This document shows, piece by piece, positions 59,430 to 64,000 of a stretch of 64,000 nt of DNA. Each line of letters starts with the position of its first letter. The first letter of the stretch is position 1. Source of the stretch: a bacterium (GTDB lineage Bacteria > Acidobacteriota > Blastocatellia > HR10); contig JBEPZV010000002.1 in NCBI GenBank assembly GCA_041640655.1, positions 94,182-158,181 on the forward strand, given 5' to 3'. The notes beneath the pieces were generated by a model. It saw only the letters and a program-made list of their open reading frames with translations. It searched no databases and was not told the DNA's origin. Made by a program: the position numbers and the translations under genes.

Positions 59430-60721
59430 ACGTCCCCCTCGCGCTCCGCCACCAAGGCGCGGATGGCGTCATTCACAGCCTCCGGGAAGCAGAGCCGATC
59501 AATATGGAATCGGCGCAACCGGCGGATGGCCGGAGAGACTTCGGTGATCTCGCGCAGCGTGCGGCTTCCTCCGTCCACCTCGACGTAGATGCGACTCTCC
59601 GGACCCGATGTCTCCGGAGAATAGGGGCCGAGATAGGGGATGTCGCTCGCGCGATCTTCGATCAGGTAATAGCGCGGGTCGAAACCCGCCGCTTCGACGA
59701 TCTGGCGCGCGCGCTCGATGAGTTGGCGCCGGCGCTCGGCATTGACCTGCAGGTCCACGGCTTTGAAGAGGCGGCGATGGAGGAACCCACTGGCCAGATC
59801 GCGCAGGATCGGATCCGGGGCCTTCGTCCACCACTTGATGTGGAACATGACATCGTGATCGTCAAGGGCCAGATATTCCTCGGTCGAGAGCGGTTCGCGC
59901 CGCAATACCTTCACCATCACGGAATCGGGGACGACGAGTGACAACTGCCCGCTCGCCATGAGATCAATCGCGCGACGGAAGATGGAGCGGAGCATCACCT
60001 CGGCCGTCCGCAAGTTGCGATGGAAGTAGACCTGGCGGAACATGTAGTAACGCGCCTGCAGGTACTCCTCGACGGCGTAAAGCCCTTTGGCCGCGACGTA
60101 GAGGCATTCCTCATCGGGAGCGATCTCCAACGTGTGCAGGATCCACTCCAGATCGTAGAAGCCGTATTTGGCGCCGGTCATCAAGCTGTCGCGCAGGAGA
60201 TAATCGAAGCGGTCCACGTCCATCTGGCTGGAGATGAGCTGCGAGATGAATCGCGGCCGATAGGCGTGCTGCAAGACGGCGACGACTCGCGTCGGGAGAT
60301 CGCGATCCCTCTGGACGAGGATCCGATGGACCGTCGTCTCCTCATCGAGAATGATGCGCGCTCCCCACGCTTCGTGCCGATACCCGAGAACGGCCTCCAC
60401 GACGTGAGAGAATGGCCCGTGCCCGATGTCGTGAAGCAGCGCGGCGCAGGTGGCCGTCAGGCGCGTCTCGCGAGCGATCGGGTACCGTCGCCCCAAATGG
60501 GCGAGGACGCGCCGCATCAGATGCATCACGCCGAGCGAATGCGAGAAGCGGCTGTGTTCGGCTCCCTGATAGGTGAAGAGCGCCAAGCCCAATTGCTTGA
60601 TCCGGCGCAGGCGCTGGAACTCGGGGGTATCAATCAACCGGATGAGCACCCGATCATCCGGGTCGGCTTCGTCAAGCGAGATGATGTTGTGCACCGGATC
60701 GCGATAGATGCGCTCGGCCAT
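59426..60721 (-). CDS. HD-domain phosphohydrolase, dNTP triphosphohydrolase-like (SAMHD1/Dgt-related family)
   Basis: [35 protein letters not shown] and [16 protein letters not shown] overlap with the downstream gene. Confidence 0.8.
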   Translation of the reverse strand: MAERIYRDPVHNIISLDEADPDDRVLIRLIDTPEFQRLRRIKQLGLALFTYQGAEHSRFSHSLGVMHLMRRVLAHLGRRYPIARETRLTATCAALLHDIGHGPFSHVVEAVLGYRHEAWGARIILDEETTVHRILVQRDRDLPTRVVAVLQHAYRPRFISQLISSQMDVDRFDYLLRDSLMTGAKYGFYDLEWILHTLEIAPDEECLYVAAKGLYAVEEYLQARYYMFRQVYFHRNLRTAEVMLRSIFRRAIDLMASGQLSLVVPDSVMVKVLRREPLSTEEYLALDDHDVMFHIKWWTKAPDPILRDLASGFLHRRLFKAVDLQVNAERRRQLIERARQIVEAAGFDPRYYLIEDRASDIPYLGPYSPETSGPESRIYVEVDGGSRTLREITEVSPAIRRLRRFHIDRLCFPEAVNDAIRALVAEREGDV

Positions 60722-60725
60722 GACC

Positions 60726-61793
60726 TCACCCTCTCCCGCGAGGCGCGTGGCGGCCCGATCGCGCGTCCACCTGATGCAAGCGCAGGCCGGGCTCGGCCGT
60801 CAACTCCCATCCCGAGCGTTCGCCGCGCTGCAGCTTCGGATACGCGGCCGCCGCGATCATGGCAGCGTTATCGGTCGTGAGCGGCGGGCTGGGGACATAG
60901 ACGGGGAGGCTCGCCTCTCGCCCCAGGCGAAACGCTTCTTCGCGCAACCGGCTGTTGCAGGCGACCCCCCCCGTCAGAATGAGCGTGTGTGCCTCGTACT
61001 CCTCCAGGGCGCGCGACAGGCGCTGAATGAGCGTGCGCACGACCGTGTCCTGAAAGCTCGCGAGGAGATCGAGAATGATGTTCGGCACTTCCTCCCCCTC
61101 GCGCACGGGGCGAATGCCCCGCTCGCGCACGTAGCGGGCGACGGCCGTCTTGAGCCCGCTGAAGCTGAAATCGAAATCGTTCTCACTCATCCTCGGGATC
61201 GTGAAGCGAACGGCGCGAGGATTCCCGCGCTTCGCCAACCGATCAATCACGGGGCCACCCGGATACCCGAGCCCCAGCAGTTTCGCCACCTTATCGAAGG
61301 CCTCGCCCGCGGCATCGTCGCGCGTGTGCCCGAGCAGGTGATACCGCTCCGGCTCCGGCATCCAGAAGAGGCTCGTATCGCCTCCGGAGACGACGAGCGC
61401 GAGCGCGGGGTATCGAACGGGGGGATTCTCGAAGACGACGGAGAAGATGTGCCCCTCGTGATGATTCACGCCAAGCAGCGGGCGCGAGAGCGCATACGCG
61501 ACCGATTTCGCATAGCAGATGCCCACCAGCAGTGAGCCGATCAATCCCGGCCCGCGGGTCACCGCGACGGCATCAATCTCTCTGAAGGTGACGCCGGCTT
61601 CGTGGAGCGCCTCCCGGACGACGGGGACGATGTTCCGCAGATGCTCGCGCGAGGCCAATTCGGGCACGATCCCCCCATAGGGCCGATGGATCGCATACTG
61701 CGTGGCCACGATGTTCGACCGAATGAGCCGCCCATCTTCAACGACGGCGGCCGCCGTCTCATCGCACGAGGTCTCGATTCCCAGGATCAACAT
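60726..61793 (-). CDS. tsaD: tRNA N6-adenosine threonylcarbamoyltransferase TsaD
   Basis: [22 protein letters not shown]..., GVNHHEGHI and the later Kae1/TsaD blocks. Confidence 0.93.
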   Translation of the reverse strand: MLILGIETSCDETAAAVVEDGRLIRSNIVATQYAIHRPYGGIVPELASREHLRNIVPVVREALHEAGVTFREIDAVAVTRGPGLIGSLLVGICYAKSVAYALSRPLLGVNHHEGHIFSVVFENPPVRYPALALVVSGGDTSLFWMPEPERYHLLGHTRDDAAGEAFDKVAKLLGLGYPGGPVIDRLAKRGNPRAVRFTIPRMSENDFDFSFSGLKTAVARYVRERGIRPVREGEEVPNIILDLLASFQDTVVRTLIQRLSRALEEYEAHTLILTGGVACNSRLREEAFRLGREASLPVYVPSPPLTTDNAAMIAAAAYPKLQRGERSGWELTAEPGLRLHQVDARSGRHAPRGRG

Positions 61794-61807
61794 CGCCGTT
61801 CTCCTGG

Positions 61808-62944
61808 TCAGGAGCGCTCCGGGGACGATGCGCCCTCGGCGCGTATCCCTTCGTCGGCGGGACTGTGCGCGACATCCGGCTGCGCGGCGAGCGCGCTCAA
61901 GCTCTCCCGATAGGGCGGATGTGCGATCCCCCGCTCGGTCACAATCGCCGTCACGTAACGATGGGGGGTGATGTCGAAGGCCGGATTGGCGACGGCAATA
62001 CCCTCGGGGGCGATGGGCTGTCCGTTGATGTGCGTGACTTCGTGAGCCGGGCGTTCCTCGATGGGGATGTGTTCGCCGGATTCGATGGAGAGATCGAGCG
62101 TCGAAATGGGCGCGACGACGTAGAAGGGGATGCCGTGCTCCTTCGCCAAGACGGCGAGCGTATAGGTGCCGATCTTATTGGCGACATCACCGTTGGCGGC
62201 GATGCGGTCCGCACCGACGAGCACGCAATCCACCAATCCGCGATACATCAGGTATCCGGCCATATTGTCCGTGATGAGCGTGGCCGGGATCTGCTCCTTG
62301 AGCAACTCCCACGCCGTCAATCGCGCGCCTTGGAGGAAGGGACGCGTCTCGTCCACGTACACGTGCACGCGCTTGCCCATGAGCACGGCCGCGCGCACAA
62401 CGCCGAGCGCCGTCCCCATGCCGCCGGCCGTCGCCAGCGCCCCCGTGTTGCAGTGTGTGAGGACGCGGGCGGGATCGGGGAGCAAGGCCGCCCCATTTCG
62501 CGCCATGCGCCAATTCGTCTCGATGTCCTCCCGATAGATGTTCTGCGCTTCTTGAATGAGCCACTCGCGGACGAGCGGCAGCGGCAAGTTCCGCCGACGG
62601 GCTTCGGCCAGCGCGCGACGCATGCGCTCGATGGCCCAGAAGAGGTTCACCGCCGTCGGCCGCGCGCGCGCCATCAGGCGACACCAGGCCTCGAACTCCG
62701 CCTCCAATTCCTCCACCGTGCGCGCGCTCGATCGCTTCACCCCGAGCGCCAGACCGAACGCCGCTGTCACGCCGATGGCCGGCGCGCCGCGCACGACCAT
62801 CTGGCGAATAGCCTCGGTCACCTCTTCCGGCGTGCGCAAGAGCGAATAGACCTCCTCATGGGGCAGCTTTCGCTGATCAATCACGCGAACGCCTTCGTCT
62901 GTCCATTCGACCGTCTTGATCATGGGCCGGACCTCGCTCGACAA
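61808..62944 (-). CDS. mtnA: S-methyl-5-thioribose-1-phosphate isomerase (eIF-2B alpha/beta/delta family)
   Basis: [41 protein letters not shown] and [19 protein letters not shown]. Confidence 0.9.
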   Translation of the reverse strand: MSSEVRPMIKTVEWTDEGVRVIDQRKLPHEEVYSLLRTPEEVTEAIRQMVVRGAPAIGVTAAFGLALGVKRSSARTVEELEAEFEAWCRLMARARPTAVNLFWAIERMRRALAEARRRNLPLPLVREWLIQEAQNIYREDIETNWRMARNGAALLPDPARVLTHCNTGALATAGGMGTALGVVRAAVLMGKRVHVYVDETRPFLQGARLTAWELLKEQIPATLITDNMAGYLMYRGLVDCVLVGADRIAANGDVANKIGTYTLAVLAKEHGIPFYVVAPISTLDLSIESGEHIPIEERPAHEVTHINGQPIAPEGIAVANPAFDITPHRYVTAIVTERGIAHPPYRESLSALAAQPDVAHSPADEGIRAEGASSPERS

Positions 62945-63082
62945 CGGGAAATCTTATCCGAAGGTCGACGAGCGGCGCAACCGCACCGCTTCGCGATGTC
63001 ACATGAGGCGGATCGCTTCCTGCCCCCTCAAGGAAGGCGTCGCTGCCTTCCGACCGCGCCCTCCCCCTTCGCTTGCGCTCGA

Positions 63083-63814
63083 TCACAAATCTCCCCAGAG
63101 GAATTGGACCATGCTGAGCACGACGAGCCCAGCCGTCTCCGTGCGGAGGACGCGCGGCCCGAGAGAGAGCAGTGCCGCTCCAGCGCGTCGAGCGGCCTCG
63201 ATCTCCTCATCCGCCCATCCCCCCTCCGGACCGATGAAGATCGTGAGCTGACGCGGAAGGACATCTCCCCATTGCCGCGCGATCTCGCGTAGCGGCAGCC
63301 CTCCGCGTTCCGAGCAAAAGAGCGCGGGCGCGCGCAGGTCCTCGAGCAGAGCCTGCACCGGCTGAGGCTCCTCGACCTCCACCAGACGCGTCCGATGCGA
63401 TTGCTTCACAGCTTCCAGGGCGATGCGGCGCCACCGCTGCAACCGATGGGGCGAATACCGTTCGACCACCGCGCGACGCGTCAGCACAGGGATGATGCGC
63501 GCGACGCCCAGCTCGGTCGCCTTCTGCACGACGAGATCGAACTTCTCGCCCTTGATGAGGGCCTGCGCGAGCGTGAGCGCCAGGGGCGACTCGACCGACG
63601 GCACGGTCCGCGCCTGAATGCGTACCGCCACACGTCGCTCGCGTGTCTCCAGCACGATCCCCTCATACTCGATCCCCGTTCCGTCGAAGACGGCGACGAG
63701 GGCGCCCGGCTTCAACCGCAGCACGTGTCGCAAATGATGCGACTCCCGTTCATCGAGCCGGATCACCCCTTCCTGCAGGGCCTCCGGAGGAGCGTAAAAC
63801 CGATGTCGGCTCAT
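63083..63814 (-). CDS. rsmE: 16S rRNA (uracil1498-N3)-methyltransferase RsmE
   Basis: Likely the ATG at 63814 (MSRHRFYAPPEALQEGVIRLDERESHHLRHVLRLKPG). C-terminal SPOUT block (IFIGPEGGWADEEI). Confidence 0.85.
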   Translation of the reverse strand: MSRHRFYAPPEALQEGVIRLDERESHHLRHVLRLKPGALVAVFDGTGIEYEGIVLETRERRVAVRIQARTVPSVESPLALTLAQALIKGEKFDLVVQKATELGVARIIPVLTRRAVVERYSPHRLQRWRRIALEAVKQSHRTRLVEVEEPQPVQALLEDLRAPALFCSERGGLPLREIARQWGDVLPRQLTIFIGPEGGWADEEIEAARRAGAALLSLGPRVLRTETAGLVVLSMVQFLWGDL

Positions 63815-64000
63815 ATCGCGCGATGATTGTCTGCCATTCGCCTCCCGGCTTGATCTCGATGAGGCGAAAGGCCCTCGCCGCGAGCGCCTCCCGGAATACT
63901 TCGTCCTCTCCCTTGAGGAGACCGGAGAGGACGAGTGTCCCGCCCGACTCAAGCCGATGGGGGAACAGCGGCAGCATGCTCAGGAGCACATCGGCGGTGA
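63750..64000 (-). CDS. prmA: Ribosomal protein L11 methyltransferase PrmA, C-terminal fragment (runs off the window)
   Basis: GGTLVLSGLLKGEDEVFREALAARAFRLIEIKPGGEWQTII resembles the PrmA C-terminus, and prmA-rsmE adjacency is common. Truncated by the window edge. Confidence 0.55.
   Translation of the reverse strand, partial: TADVLLSMLPLFPHRLESGGTLVLSGLLKGEDEVFREALAARAFRLIEIKPGGEWQTIIARYEPTSVLRSSGGPAGRGDPAR

Noticed and set aside
59426-60721. SAMHD1/dGTPase-like HD protein, considered as a possible dNTP-depletion anti-phage defence gene near the cas locus
   Set aside because: It sits in a tight housekeeping run (tsaD, mtnA, rsmE, prmA) with host-like GC. This family is also widespread as a housekeeping dNTPase. 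Nothing in the sequence ties it to defence.

Overview
High-GC (about 60-65% by eye) chromosomal segment from a diderm bacterium, as shown by BamA, TonB, a DUF481 barrel and an ECF sigma/anti-sigma pair. I cannot name the taxon from the sequence. The flanks (1-15960 and 56500-64000) hold ordinary housekeeping and envelope genes: dnaJ, bamA, two glycosyltransferases, coaE, tsaD, mtnA, rsmE and a partial prmA. The centre (15996-56235, about 40 kb) is one large CRISPR-Cas supercluster, all oriented on the minus strand. (i) A 17.5-kb array carries roughly 264 copies of a 30-bp repeat. (ii) A leader follows, with a near-consensus sigma70-type promoter and a perfect hairpin abutting the first repeat. 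(iii) The adaptation and interference genes cas2-cas1-cas4-cas3 come next. (iv) A complete type III-D-like effector cassette lies between cas3 and cas5, so it sits inside an otherwise canonical type I-B operon (cas6-cas8b-cas7-cas5 ... cas3-cas4-cas1-cas2). The cassette contains an HD-less cas10, four Cas7-like RAMPs, a csx10-like gene, cas11, a csx19-like gene and two CARF proteins. (v) A second, GC-rich, isolated cas6 lies about 950 bp further upstream. Items worth follow-up: an in-frame MNT-HEPN (nucleotidyltransferase-RNase) fusion inserted into the III-D backbone; a CARF protein with an unassigned C-terminal domain; a candidate unannotated small ORF translationally coupled to cas5 and cas10; a pair of CRISPR-like direct repeats in the cas6-cas6 gap; a Cys-rich Cas7 insertion; a roughly 70-aa disordered insertion in Cas1; and an array in which many spacers fall into families hitting the same or allelic protospacers (one family has 7 members). 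All product calls rest on motifs and gene order read by eye. No database search was possible.
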